Positions 38,842 through 48,716 of a stretch of DNA of 64,000 nucleotides are shown here, in pieces (position 1 is the first letter of the stretch; each line of letters begins with the position of its first letter). Source of the DNA: an uncultured bacterium (GTDB lineage: Bacteria; Patescibacteriota; Saccharimonadia; UBA4664; SCTI01); assembly GCA_963721685.1 (NCBI GenBank), contig CAVRJJ010000005.1:396980-460979 (forward strand). Direction: 5' to 3'. The notes beneath the pieces are model-generated. The model did not search any database. It worked only from the letters and a program-made list of their open reading frames with translations, and had not been told where the DNA came from. The position numbers and the translations under genes were made by a program.

Positions 38842-39668
38842 TTAAGAGTTTTGCGTTCCTCGGATAGGCGCTTACTTACGTTATCAATCTCCCGTATCAG
38901 CGCTACATAGCTTGGGTGGTAACCTTCAGCGGTTTTTATTAAGCCAACCTCGGTCGCGAGGGCTGCGGCCCGTAGCCGATTAAACTGCTCAATTGCGCTT
39001 TGGCGGGCAGACTCAGTTGCGCCTATATCTCCGCTGGAGATGGTAGTCACCAGCTGGGTGAGGCTGGTTTGGGTTTGACTAATTTGTTCCCTTAAGACGC
39101 TATCTGCGGTTTTCCCCTTGACTTGATCCAAGCCAGCTATGGCAGCCTTAGAGCGTGATGCTAAGAGCTCAAACTTTTTTGGCTTGTCGACGCGAATCAA
39201 ATCGCTGATGGGCTGGTACTCATAAAGCTTTGATACCACTTGGCTATAGGCGAGAATCGTATCAATCACGCTTTGCTGGGCTTTTATGACTTCATTTCGC
39301 GTACGTGTGAGTTTTTTAAGTTGAGGTCGAAGCGTCTCATCGACATATTGAGAAGATGGTGAACCGGAGTAAACGCGGTCTATGGTGAGTTCCGTAGGAT
39401 GCCAACTAGCTGAACTCTGAAGTGAGGAAATGATACGGCTATGTCCAGCATTAAAGTTTGACGACTGAATATCAAGACGTTGTAGTTCTTCAAGCAGCAG
39501 GCTTCGCTCTACAAGGCGCGCCCGTGTCTGCCCCAAGGTTATCTCGGTTTGCTTAAGGCTATTGCGAGCCGCAATCTGCGGATAAGGAACAAGCCAATAA
39601 TAGATACCAATAATAAGCGCCAAGATAATGACAGCCCGAAGTGCAATAAAGCTGAGCGTTCTAGCCAT
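38838..39668 (-). CDS. hypothetical N-terminally anchored, largely alpha-helical protein
   Basis: 276 aa with an N-terminal TM (LSFIALRAVIILALIIGIYYW). No recognised family. Confidence 0.4.
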   Translation of the reverse strand: MARTLSFIALRAVIILALIIGIYYWLVPYPQIAARNSLKQTEITLGQTRARLVERSLLLEELQRLDIQSSNFNAGHSRIISSLQSSASWHPTELTIDRVYSGSPSSQYVDETLRPQLKKLTRTRNEVIKAQQSVIDTILAYSQVVSKLYEYQPISDLIRVDKPKKFELLASRSKAAIAGLDQVKGKTADSVLREQISQTQTSLTQLVTTISSGDIGATESARQSAIEQFNRLRAAALATEVGLIKTAEGYHPSYVALIREIDNVSKRLSEERKTLN

Positions 39669-39742
39669 GAGTCGATTTTAGCATGAGCAATATCACTCGC
39701 TAACATCGACAATAACTACAGGAAATGGCATAATACTAAGCT

Positions 39743-40816
39743 ATGAATCGCGTATTTGTCGGTCTAAGCGGCGGGGTAGATAGCTCCGTAACCGCGGCTC
39801 TTCTTCAGCAAGAAAGCTATACCGTCACGGGTGTCTATATGAAAAACTGGTCGCAGGATTTGCCTGGCATGAAATGCCCGTGGCATGAAGACCTCCGTGA
39901 TGCCAGAGCGGTGGCGGCAAAACTGAACATCCCATTTAAAGTTTATGACTTTGAGGCTGAATACCGATCGAAGGTTGTGGATTATATGGTAGCCGAATAT
40001 CAAGCCGGCCGGACGCCTAATCCGGATATAATGTGCAACCAGGAAATTAAGTTCAAATTATTCCTGGATGCTGCCTTGGCCGACGGAGCCGACGTCATTG
40101 CCACCGGCCACTATGCCCGCGTAAAGAATGGACAGCTTTTTAAAGCTAAGGATGAACAGAAAGACCAAACCTACTTTTTATACCGGGTCAGCAAAGACGC
40201 ACTTATGAAAACTATCATGCCGATCGGGGAATACACCAAGCCGGAGGTACGAAGGTTGGCAGAAAAATTTAACTTGCCGACCGCCGCTAAAAAAGATTCC
40301 CAGGGCATTTGTTTTATTGGGGTTGTTGGGATGAAAGACTTTTTGCAGCAATATGTAAGCGCCAAATCTGGTCCGATTGTGCACAAAGGGGAAGAAATTG
40401 GCCAGCATGAAGGGGCAGTATTTTATACTACCGGGCAGCGGCAAGGGCTGGGAATTGGTGGCGGCAAGCCGTTTTACGTAACTGGTAAAAACATAGAGAC
40501 GAATACGGTATTTGTAACTAATGACCCAAACGATCTTGAGCTGGAAAGTACTGAAGTCCAGATGGAAGATGTGCACTGGATAAGCGAAATTCCCGTGGCG
40601 AGCACAAAGCTTCAAGCCCGCTTCCGTCACCGGGGAGAATTAATCGACTGTGTGTTGGTTGAGGGTAATATCCTCAAGCTTAAGAAGGCGGCAAATGCAT
40701 TGGCAATCGGCCAGTCAGTCGTGCTTTATGATGGAGGTGTATGTCTGGGCGGCGGCATTATTGCTGTTGTGGCCAGACATACGCAGAAAAGTAAAAGCCC
40801 CGCTAGGCTTACCTAG
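39743..40816 (+). CDS. mnmA: tRNA-specific 2-thiouridylase
   Basis: PP-loop VFVGLSGGVDSSV, motif ATGHYAR, and a C-terminal beta-barrel region. Confidence 0.9.
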   Translation: MNRVFVGLSGGVDSSVTAALLQQESYTVTGVYMKNWSQDLPGMKCPWHEDLRDARAVAAKLNIPFKVYDFEAEYRSKVVDYMVAEYQAGRTPNPDIMCNQEIKFKLFLDAALADGADVIATGHYARVKNGQLFKAKDEQKDQTYFLYRVSKDALMKTIMPIGEYTKPEVRRLAEKFNLPTAAKKDSQGICFIGVVGMKDFLQQYVSAKSGPIVHKGEEIGQHEGAVFYTTGQRQGLGIGGGKPFYVTGKNIETNTVFVTNDPNDLELESTEVQMEDVHWISEIPVASTKLQARFRHRGELIDCVLVEGNILKLKKAANALAIGQSVVLYDGGVCLGGGIIAVVARHTQKSKSPARLT

Positions 40817-40873
40817 CGAGACTTAGGCAATTTAAGGACGTCCGATTCGTCCACTCAATAGTTATGAGCCTGC

Positions 40874-41326
40874 CTATATTTCCACCTCTTTACTCTCAGC
40901 CTGCAGGGCTGCGACCCAGCCCATGAGGATCTCGATCATTCGATCATTCACCCGATCTTCCAGCTTGAAATTAGCTAGATTATCCGGCTGCAAAAAGTGA
41001 TTCACGAATGAAGTGAGCTCGAACTGCACCCTCTTTACTTCTGGATACAAAAGCTCCCCCCGGAACTCAATGTCCCTAGCCTGGCGTATCCGAGGCCACC
41101 TTGGGTTGAGATACCTGCAGAGGCGGCGATACAGATGGGTCATTGCACCTTTGTCGACGTCGTTCCAGAGTGCGAATTCCATCGCATCGTCAAGGTTTAC
41201 CCACTTCTTGCCTTCAGCGCTTGTCAAAGCATCGCCTCCAGATCGTTGTTTGAGCCTATTCTGCGAGTGCTCTACATAATACTGTGTTTTGCCTGCAGGT
41301 ACTAGTAAATTTAGCCGTACAAACAT
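40874..41326 (-). CDS. hypothetical protein
   Basis: The start was moved to Met49 of the track ORF (41326) so that it does not overlap alaS. No family recognised. Confidence 0.35.
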   Translation of the reverse strand: MFVRLNLLVPAGKTQYYVEHSQNRLKQRSGGDALTSAEGKKWVNLDDAMEFALWNDVDKGAMTHLYRRLCRYLNPRWPRIRQARDIEFRGELLYPEVKRVQFELTSFVNHFLQPDNLANFKLEDRVNDRMIEILMGWVAALQAESKEVEI

Positions 41327-41369
41327 TAACTTTTGATTAATCAGGTGCCTGCAGATTACAATAATCATC

Positions 41370-43256
41370 ATGACTACCGAACAAATCAGGACAAAATATC
41401 TGGAATACATGAAGTCGAATGGCCATGTGCTAATTCCGCGGGCTAACCTAGTGCCCCAAGACGATCCCACTACGTTATTTACCGGATCGGGTATGCAGCC
41501 CTTAATCCCTTATCTTCTGGGAGCGGAACATCCGTCGGGTAAGCGCTTGGTAAACAGCCAAACTTGCTTGCGGGCGCAAGATATTGAGGAAGTTGGCAAT
41601 AACCGGCACACGACGTTTTTTGAGATGCTGGGAAACTGGGGGCTGGTTGGCGAGTATTTCAAAAAAGAACAAATTCGCTGGTTCTTTGATTTTCTCATAA
41701 ATGAGATTAAGCTTGATCCCCAGAAAATCTATGTCAGCTGCTTTATTGGCAGTAAGCAGCATGCCATTCCCAAAGATACCGAGTCGGCTGAGATCTGGCA
41801 GGAAGTTTTTAAAGAAAAAGGTATAAAAGCCAAAGTTGTCGATATCGGAAGTCAGGAGGATGGCGACAAAGCCGGCATGCAGGGTGGCCGTATCTTCTTT
41901 TATGATGACGGGGAAAACTGGTGGAGTCGGGGTGGCGGCTTGGCCACTACGCCAGTAGGGGATCCTTGCGGACCTGACAGTGAAGTATTCTATGATTTTG
42001 GCGAAGACCAGCATGATTCGAGTTTCGGCGAACCCCATCCGGCCAGCGATTCGGGCCGCTTTATGGAAATTGGTAACCAGGTGTTTATGCAATATTTAAG
42101 GACAAAAGACGGTTTTGAGCCGCTCCAGAAAAATAACGTGGACTTTGGCGCGGGACTGGAACGGATCGCGGCCGCGGCTATTGATAGCCCTGATGTATTT
42201 AAAATTAGTTTGCTATGGCCGATTGTCGCGAAGTTGGAGCAGCTTTCGGGCAAGCACTATGATGATCACACCGAAGCCATGCGGGTAATCGCCGACCATT
42301 TACGCGGGGCGGTTTTTTTGGCGGTGGACGGTGTGGTCCCTAGCAATAAAGAACAAGGCTATGTGTCGCGTCGGCTGATGCGCCGGGCAATCATGCACGC
42401 CCACGACTTGGGAATTGAAAAAGAGTTTGTCCAAGAGATTGTTCCGGTGATTGCCGACCTCTACCAAGACGACTATCCTGAAGCGGCTGAGCGGCGGGCG
42501 CAAGTAATAGATGCGTTAGTCCGGGAAGAAAAGTTATTTCGGCAGACCTTGCGCAATGGCTTAAGGGAGTTTGAAAAGCGAACCGTTAAAACCACCATTC
42601 TAGATGGGGAGATGCTGTTCACGCTTTATGATACCTATGGTTTCCCGGTAGAAGTCACTAAAGAGGAAGCCCATAAGCGAAAGCTGGAAATTTCCGAAGA
42701 CGCCGATAAGGTTTTTGATACCTTGCTTGCCGAGCAGCGCCAGCGTTCGCAAACCGCCAGCAAGGGCGTCTTTAAGGGCGGTCTTGCCGACCAAAGTGAC
42801 GACACCAAAAAACACCATACTGCCACGCACTTAATGTATGAAGCATTGCGGCAGGTGCTAGGCGCCCATGTAACCCAACGCGGATCCAATGTTACGGCCG
42901 AGCGACTGCGGTTCGACTTTAACCATGACGCTAAAATGACTGACGAAGAGAAGCGAGAAGTAGAACGTATTGTGAACGAGCAAATTGATAACGATTTAGC
43001 AGTGAGCTTTACCGAGTATCCCACCGACGAAGCCTTTAAGCTCGGGGCCAAGGGTGCGTTTGGAGACAAGTACGGCGACCGCGTAAAGGTATATACCATG
43101 GGTAAGCCTGGAGAAAAGCCTTTTAGTATTGAAATTTGCGGCGGGCCGCATGTCGAACATACTGGTGCGCTAGGCGAGGGTGGTAAGCGCTTCAAAATAC
43201 AGAAAGAGGAATCGTCCAGCGCGGGGGTACGGCGTATTAAGGCGGAGCTAGTTTAA
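41370..43256 (+). CDS. alaS: alanyl-tRNA synthetase, short form (catalytic + tRNA-recognition + editing domains, no C-Ala domain)
   Basis: The N-terminus DDPTTLFTGSGMQP...TTFFEMLGNW matches the AlaRS core. The editing-domain His cluster is HHTATHLMYEAL ... CGGPHV. Confidence 0.9.
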   Translation: MTTEQIRTKYLEYMKSNGHVLIPRANLVPQDDPTTLFTGSGMQPLIPYLLGAEHPSGKRLVNSQTCLRAQDIEEVGNNRHTTFFEMLGNWGLVGEYFKKEQIRWFFDFLINEIKLDPQKIYVSCFIGSKQHAIPKDTESAEIWQEVFKEKGIKAKVVDIGSQEDGDKAGMQGGRIFFYDDGENWWSRGGGLATTPVGDPCGPDSEVFYDFGEDQHDSSFGEPHPASDSGRFMEIGNQVFMQYLRTKDGFEPLQKNNVDFGAGLERIAAAAIDSPDVFKISLLWPIVAKLEQLSGKHYDDHTEAMRVIADHLRGAVFLAVDGVVPSNKEQGYVSRRLMRRAIMHAHDLGIEKEFVQEIVPVIADLYQDDYPEAAERRAQVIDALVREEKLFRQTLRNGLREFEKRTVKTTILDGEMLFTLYDTYGFPVEVTKEEAHKRKLEISEDADKVFDTLLAEQRQRSQTASKGVFKGGLADQSDDTKKHHTATHLMYEALRQVLGAHVTQRGSNVTAERLRFDFNHDAKMTDEEKREVERIVNEQIDNDLAVSFTEYPTDEAFKLGAKGAFGDKYGDRVKVYTMGKPGEKPFSIEICGGPHVEHTGALGEGGKRFKIQKEESSSAGVRRIKAELV

Positions 43257-43275
43257 TATGACTAACTATTAATTT

Positions 43276-43314
43276 GATACACGAAGTGTACCTTAGTGAT
43301 ACATTTAATGTACC
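43276..43314. promoter_or_regulatory. two adjacent imperfect palindromes GATACAC-N3-GTGTACC and GATACAT-N3-ATGTACC (operator-like)
   Basis: Read directly. The half-sites are GrTACAy inverted around a 3-nt spacer, and the two sites are separated by 5 nt, about 105 bp upstream of small ORF 43421. Confidence 0.3.
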
Positions 43315-43420
43315 GAAAAAATAAAAAGGCTTGAAAAATACATAAAACTCTTGCCAAAGCATAAGCAGTTTGATTAACTTAAAGTAAATCTAGTACAAAA
43401 AGACAAAAAGGGAAACAAAA

Positions 43421-43576
43421 ATGCTAAACGCTAGCTCCGCCAATTCGCGCAGCACTATCATATTTGAATTAATTGTAGGGGTTACCGTAATAGCCGCTGT
43501 CGGTTTAGGTGTCTATCAGCTTCAGCACCCGGAGCTCACTCAGCAGCAGCAGATCCAAGCGGCGTTTGAGCATTAA
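43421..43576 (+). CDS. small (51 aa) single-TM protein
   Basis: ATG preceded by aaaggga, encoding MLNASSANSRSTIIFELIVGVTVIAAVGLGVYQL... It is below the track cutoff. Confidence 0.3.
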   Translation: MLNASSANSRSTIIFELIVGVTVIAAVGLGVYQLQHPELTQQQQIQAAFEH

Positions 43577-43590
43577 AATTACTTAAGAAC

Positions 43591-43638
43591 AAAAAGAGAA
43601 CCCGCATCGAAGTGAAGCGGGTTCTCTTCGATGCGGGT
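43591..43638 (-). terminator. rho-independent terminator for the minus-strand high-GC gene (AGAGAACCCG-loop-CGGGTTCTCT followed by T5 on the minus strand), with an alternative nested 12-bp stem
   Basis: A 10-bp stem lies at 43596-43605/43618-43627 and AAAAA at 43591-95 (U-run on the minus transcript). The alternative stem is CCCGCATCGAAG/CTTCGATGCGGG. Confidence 0.45.
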
Positions 43639-43706
43639 TGAGGGCTGAGCGCCGAAGGCTTGTATGGGCCTTCGGGCAGGGCTGGCGGGGATCGCCGCGG
43701 GTCGGG

Positions 43707-44105
43707 CTAGCTGAGCACCTCATCGATCGGCACGGACTTGCCGGCCGCGTCGCGGAGCGGCCCGAGAATCCGGATCGAATCAACCCCGAGGGCGATCCTG
43801 ATGAGATCGGAAATCGCCAGAACCAGCTCGCGGCCGATCATCTCCTCCGGGACGTCGACCTTCAGGTTGCAAAGCTGGTCCGCCCGGTGGAAGTAGTCGG
43901 CTCGTGTGATGCCAGCCAGAACGCCCGCCTGCTCTTCGCGAACGAGACGAGCGATACCGGTGCCGACCTCGAGTCCCATCGGTGGGAAGGTGAAACGAAG
44001 TGTCTTGGAAACGATCGTCGCCCCTTCACTGGTAGCGATGAGGATGGTGGGGGTATCGGCGTGACGTTCGGTCGTGCCTGTTGCTGCATGTGCATCCGTG
44101 GTCAT
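43707..44105 (-). CDS. hypothetical protein in a high-GC (about 62%) patch, probably horizontally acquired
   Basis: 132 aa with RBS aggaggga, sharply higher GC than its neighbours, and actinobacterial-like codon usage. Its segment ILIATSEGATIVSKTLRFTFPP resembles FAVVDSAGRTIAMVSKEVVLAIPS in the 3463 ORF. Confidence 0.5.
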   Translation of the reverse strand: MTTDAHAATGTTERHADTPTILIATSEGATIVSKTLRFTFPPMGLEVGTGIARLVREEQAGVLAGITRADYFHRADQLCNLKVDVPEEMIGRELVLAISDLIRIALGVDSIRILGPLRDAAGKSVPIDEVLS

Positions 44106-44251
44106 GGGTTCCCTCCTGGGTGGGTTGCGGATTCAGCGTTGATATATTCTAACATATAATTGCTTTTAGGTCAATGTGCAATCTCTACAACCTGCTTATG
44201 GTAAAAAAGGCATAGACACGGTACAATAACCCTGTAGGATTATATTTTTAC

Positions 44252-45515
44252 ATGGCATTGAAGCTCGTCGATAAAATTCGGAAAAAAGGTGACAGCGAAC
44301 AGTATATTGTGGCGCTGGATATTGGTACCGAATTTGTTAAAGCCCTGATTGGCAGGGTGAAAGGCGATAAGATTGAAATTATTGGAGTTGGCCGGCAACA
44401 TCAGCGCTTAACCGATATGGCATCGGGAGCGGTAACCGATATTGCCGGGGTGGTAGATAACTGTGATGCGGCCCTAAAGCAGGCTGAAGAAATGGCTGGG
44501 GTCGTTGCCAAAGATGTTGTTCTGGGGATTGCCGGAGAGCTGGTAAAAGGGACCTCAACCACCATTAAATATAAGCGCACTGACGCCCAAAGCCGCATTG
44601 AAATGAGCGAACTGCGTAAAATTTTAGACCGGGTTCAAGAGCGGGCATTTGAGCGTGCCCGGGAAACTCTTGCCTGGGAAACTGGCCAACAGGAAATTGA
44701 TGTAAAAATGGTGAACACGGCAATTGTGGATGTCCAAATTGACGGTTACCGGGTTACCAATCCCATTGGCTTCCAGGGGCGGGACGTATCGATTCAGCTT
44801 TTTAACGCGTTCGCCCCAATGGTGCACATCGGGGCCTTGCAGCAAGTAGGCAATAATTTAGACTTAAATATTATCAATATCGCCGCCGAACCATTCGCGG
44901 TGGCCAAAAGTGTTGGCGGGCGAGGATTCCAGCGACTTTAGCGCCATTTTTATTGATATTGGCGGCGGTACAACCGATATTGCGGTGGTTGATAACGGCG
45001 GCGTTGAAGGTACTAAGATGTTTGGAATTGGCGGTCGCTCGTTTACCAAGCGTATTGCCCAAATGATGGACATTAGCTTTGAAAAGGCGGAAGAGTTAAA
45101 GCTGGAATATTCAGCCGGAACGCTGGCTCATGTAGCCGATAAGCAGGCTGTAGCGGAGGCGGTTAAGGCCGATATTAACGTTTGGCTTTCGGGTGTTGAG
45201 CTAAGCTTGGCGGAGTTCACGAAGCTTGATCATCTGCCAGCCAAAATCCTCTTATGCGGCGGAGGTACCGGCCTTCCGGAAATTATGAAAGCTCTTAAGG
45301 GTGACTGGTATAAAGAACTTCCTTTTGCGCGCAAGCCGATAATCAGCCACATTCAACCTTCTATGGTTTCCCGGGTAATAGACACAACCGGGCAGCTTAC
45401 CAGTTACGCCGATATTACTCCGATGGGGCTGGCAAACCTTGGCCTTGATGTTATAAACACCGGCAGTATCAGTGAAAGTGTGCTGCAAAAACTAAGTAAG
45501 AGCTTGCAGAACTAA
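44252..45515 (+). CDS. ftsA: cell division protein FtsA, interrupted by a 1-nt frameshift in an A4 run (44906-44909)
   Basis: Two adjacent track ORFs (44252..44941, 44910..45515) together give a full actin-like FtsA (ALDIGTEF ... IAAEPFAVAK|VLAGEDSSDFSAIFIDIGGGTTDIAV ... LLCGGGTGLPEI). Only the join at aaaagtgttggcg is out of frame. Confidence 0.7.
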
Positions 45516-45516
45516 T

Positions 45517-47184
45517 ATGGCACAAGACTCCACCCAACCCACAAATGGCGTAATATACCTCGAAGCCGATGAAGATATCACCGCGGCGGTTGATAAGCTG
45601 GTTAAATCTGACGCGTCCAAAGTTCAAATAGTCACCACCAAGCGCTCAACCTTATTGCAATCAGTTATTAATTTAAAACTTTTGCAAAAGGCCGCCAAAG
45701 ATGCCCACAAGGACTTGGTGGTGGTAACTACCGACCGAGTGGCAACCAGTCTTGCCGGGCGGATTGGCGTGCCGGTCGCTAGCCAGGTGGGGGAGGCCGC
45801 TAAAATCCCCTCAGCAATGGCGGCAGCTGCCGTTACTGATGATGAAATTGACGGCGGTAGCGTGGGTGAAACGCCTGAACCAGCTTCTTCTACCGGGATG
45901 ACGACACCTTTATCGACGCCGCCGGCGGAACCATTAGCACCGGCGGCTGCAACGCAGGCGCCCCCGCCTTCATCTCCCGCCAAGCCAAAGGGGCAACGTG
46001 TTCCAAGTATAAGCGCGGTTCAAAAACGGGTTATGTGGGGGGGTATCGCGCTGTTGCTGGTGGGTACAATATTCGGCGCTTTCTATTACTTTGCCGGCGC
46101 CAAGGTTACTCTTTACGCCAACGCTTCACAAGTGAATACCCAGTTTGCTTTTACGGCTGACCCAGCCGCTAAAAGTTCCGATATCGACAGTAGTGTCCTT
46201 TCCGCCCAGCGCCTTAGCTTAACAAAGGCGGTTACCGCCAGCGTGGAAGCGACGGGAACCAAAGATCTGGGCACCAAGGCCAATGGCACCATAACGGTTT
46301 ACAATAATTATGATTCCGATGACCATCCGCTTGTATCCGGTACCCGTTTTGTATCCTCAGGAGGTCTCGTGTTCCGCTCAACTGAGGATGTGGTTGTTCC
46401 GGGCGGCAATGTTAAAAACGGAAAAATTGTGCCTGGTCAGGTGGGAGTATCGGTGCAAGCCGACCAAAATGGTGACCAGTACAACTTAGGGCCAGGTAAA
46501 TATACAATTCCCGGTTTGCCCGCCGACCAGCAAACCGGTATTTATGGTCAGGGCAATCAAATGAAAGACGGCACCACCAAGACGGCAAAAGTGGTAACTC
46601 AGGCCGATGTTGAGAAAGCCCAGGTCGCGGCCTTGGCAAGCGACAAGCCAGCTTCGGCCAAAGAATTGGCCGGGAAGGCTAGTGCCAGTCAGGCTGTTAT
46701 TGACCCTTCATTGCAGCAAAACGTAACCAGCAGCGACGTGAAGCCGGCGGTTAATAGCGAGGCCCAAACCGCCACGCTTACGATCCAGGTGGCCTACTCG
46801 CAATTGGCGGTTAAAAAATCCGAGTTAGCACGGCTGGCTCGAGCTGAAGAAAGCAAGCAGCTCGGAGGCGAAAGCCAAATCTATGATGATGGCAGCGATA
46901 AGCTTGCAATGACCCTGGTTGAAAAACCGCAGTCACCGGATTCGGCCCAAAAATTCAACGCTTCCGCCACGGCTTTCGCGGGCACACGGATTGATTCCGC
47001 TGCCTTAGCTAAGGAACTCAAAGGGAAAAAATACGGCGAAGCGCTTGAGGTCGCCTCCAAGGTGCCCGGCGTGGACCGCGCCGAAATTAACTTAAAACCC
47101 GGGTGGTTCACCCGTATGCCCGGCATTGCCAACCACATTACTATTACTATTAAAGTCGCCAACATCAGCTCCAGTGACCAATAA
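45517..47184 (+). CDS. hypothetical bitopic membrane protein (cytoplasmic N-domain, Pro/Ala-rich linker, TM, large extracytoplasmic domain)
   Basis: 555 aa with a TM (VMWGGIALLLVGTIFGAFYYF). No family recognised. It sits between ftsA and ruvX. Confidence 0.45.
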   Translation: MAQDSTQPTNGVIYLEADEDITAAVDKLVKSDASKVQIVTTKRSTLLQSVINLKLLQKAAKDAHKDLVVVTTDRVATSLAGRIGVPVASQVGEAAKIPSAMAAAAVTDDEIDGGSVGETPEPASSTGMTTPLSTPPAEPLAPAAATQAPPPSSPAKPKGQRVPSISAVQKRVMWGGIALLLVGTIFGAFYYFAGAKVTLYANASQVNTQFAFTADPAAKSSDIDSSVLSAQRLSLTKAVTASVEATGTKDLGTKANGTITVYNNYDSDDHPLVSGTRFVSSGGLVFRSTEDVVVPGGNVKNGKIVPGQVGVSVQADQNGDQYNLGPGKYTIPGLPADQQTGIYGQGNQMKDGTTKTAKVVTQADVEKAQVAALASDKPASAKELAGKASASQAVIDPSLQQNVTSSDVKPAVNSEAQTATLTIQVAYSQLAVKKSELARLARAEESKQLGGESQIYDDGSDKLAMTLVEKPQSPDSAQKFNASATAFAGTRIDSAALAKELKGKKYGEALEVASKVPGVDRAEINLKPGWFTRMPGIANHITITIKVANISSSDQ

Positions 47185-47575
47185 TATTCTGGCTATTGAT
47201 TATGGGCGTGAGCGGGTGGGGCTGGCGCTGGCAAGACATGGGAGCCCTCAACGGCTCATGACGCTTTCTCATGATGGTCATCTAATCGCAGGTTTAGCTA
47301 CCGAGATTCAGAAGCAGGGTGTTGGTATCGTAGTTCTAGGGCTGCCGCGCACCAGCGATGGAAATGATACTGCCTGGACTGCCGAGGTTCGCGAGTTTGA
47401 GAAACAGCTAACCAAAGCAATTTCTATACCGCTTGTTCTCCAGGATGAGTTTGCTACTACCGAGGAGGCCAAAGCGCGACTGGCGTCACAAAAGTATAGC
47501 CCCAAGCAGCAAAAGGAGTTGCTGGATCAAGAATCGGCGGTAATTTTACTTGAGGATTATATTCATGCTCTATAA
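47174..47575 (+). CDS. ruvX: Holliday-junction resolvase-like YqgF/RuvX
   Basis: ILAIDYGRERVGLALA ... VVLGLP matches YqgF. The start was chosen at GTG 47174 (the track ORF begins further upstream, inside the preceding gene). Confidence 0.75.
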   Translation: MTNNILAIDYGRERVGLALARHGSPQRLMTLSHDGHLIAGLATEIQKQGVGIVVLGLPRTSDGNDTAWTAEVREFEKQLTKAISIPLVLQDEFATTEEAKARLASQKYSPKQQKELLDQESAVILLEDYIHAL

Positions 47576-48566
47576 GTTTCGTTGGATAATCGCGGGATTT
47601 GTTACGGCGGTAGTTGTAGCTTTGTTTGGAGGGTTGGCCTGGTTTTTTATGGCAAACAGTCCGGTCGATCCGAAGGCGAAGCCGGTTAGCTATCAGTTGG
47701 AACCAGGAACGAGCGTTGGCGACATAGCAAATCAGCTCCAAAATCGGAAGATTATTAAAAGCGCGTCCGCTTTTAAAATTGTGGTTACTGTAAAAGGATT
47801 ACGCTCCCAACTCAAAGCAGGATCTTATGAACTAAGTCCTAGCCAAAGTACCAGTGCAATCGCGTCCCAACTTGCCGATGGCCGTATCGCTACTAATAAG
47901 CTGGTGGTTCCCGAAGGGGCCGATATTGCTAAAATTCGTGAATTGGCCGGAAATAAAGGGGTAAGCGTCGCTGAATTTAATAAAGCCCTGCAAGCCAGTT
48001 ATGCCAATAAGTACTTAGCAGCCCGACCAGCCGGGCATACCTCTTTAGAAGGTTATTTATTCCCCGACAGTTACGAAATTGCTAAATCGCCTCAAGCTCA
48101 GCCGGTTGTTCAATTAATGCTTGACACTTTCTCCCAACGACTAGAAAAAGCGAACCTCGTAGAGCTTTTCGCCGCGCAGGGCTTGAGCGTCCATGAGGGC
48201 TTGACGCTGGCTTCTATTGTGGAGAAAGAGGTTTCCCGCCCGGCAGACCGCCCAATGGTGGCAGGCGTCTTTTATAACCGGCTTAAAATTGGCCAGCGGC
48301 TAGAAACCGACCCAACCATTGAATACGCCGCTAAGCTCACGGGCAAGCCTTTCAGCCTGTCGCTCGATTCGCCTTATAATACCTACCGGAATTACGGGCT
48401 GCCGCCCGGTCCCATTTGCAGTCCGGGCGTCTCGGCTATGGAGGCGGTGTCCCATCCGCAAAAACACGATTATTTTTATTTCCTATCCGATAAGCAAGGA
48501 AAGACCCATTTTTCCAAAACACTCGATGAACATACCGCAAACATAAAGCGCTATCTCTCAAATTAA
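47550..48566 (+). CDS. mltG: endolytic murein transglycosylase MltG (YceG-like)
   Basis: An N-terminal TM, the motif LEGYLFPDSYEI, and YNTYRNYGLPPGPI. Confidence 0.85.
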   Translation: MRIIFMLYKFRWIIAGFVTAVVVALFGGLAWFFMANSPVDPKAKPVSYQLEPGTSVGDIANQLQNRKIIKSASAFKIVVTVKGLRSQLKAGSYELSPSQSTSAIASQLADGRIATNKLVVPEGADIAKIRELAGNKGVSVAEFNKALQASYANKYLAARPAGHTSLEGYLFPDSYEIAKSPQAQPVVQLMLDTFSQRLEKANLVELFAAQGLSVHEGLTLASIVEKEVSRPADRPMVAGVFYNRLKIGQRLETDPTIEYAAKLTGKPFSLSLDSPYNTYRNYGLPPGPICSPGVSAMEAVSHPQKHDYFYFLSDKQGKTHFSKTLDEHTANIKRYLSN

Positions 48567-48681
48567 GCGGTTTTGTGCTTTTTGCAGTGATTTATCCCCA
48601 TTTCTTTGGAAAATCTGTTGAATCATTTACCTTACGCTGTAAAAGGGCGTTTTATACTATAACAAAGCCATAATCCGGTGG

Positions 48682-48710
48682 TTGACAGACATAAGCAGCG
48701 TTGATACACT
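48682..48710 (+). promoter_or_regulatory. sigma70-like promoter TTGACA-17 nt-TACACT
   Basis: A perfect -35 hexamer and a TAnnnT -10 at 17-nt spacing, about 230 nt upstream of the LysM-CHAP gene. Confidence 0.35.
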
Positions 48711-48716
48711 TACCAA

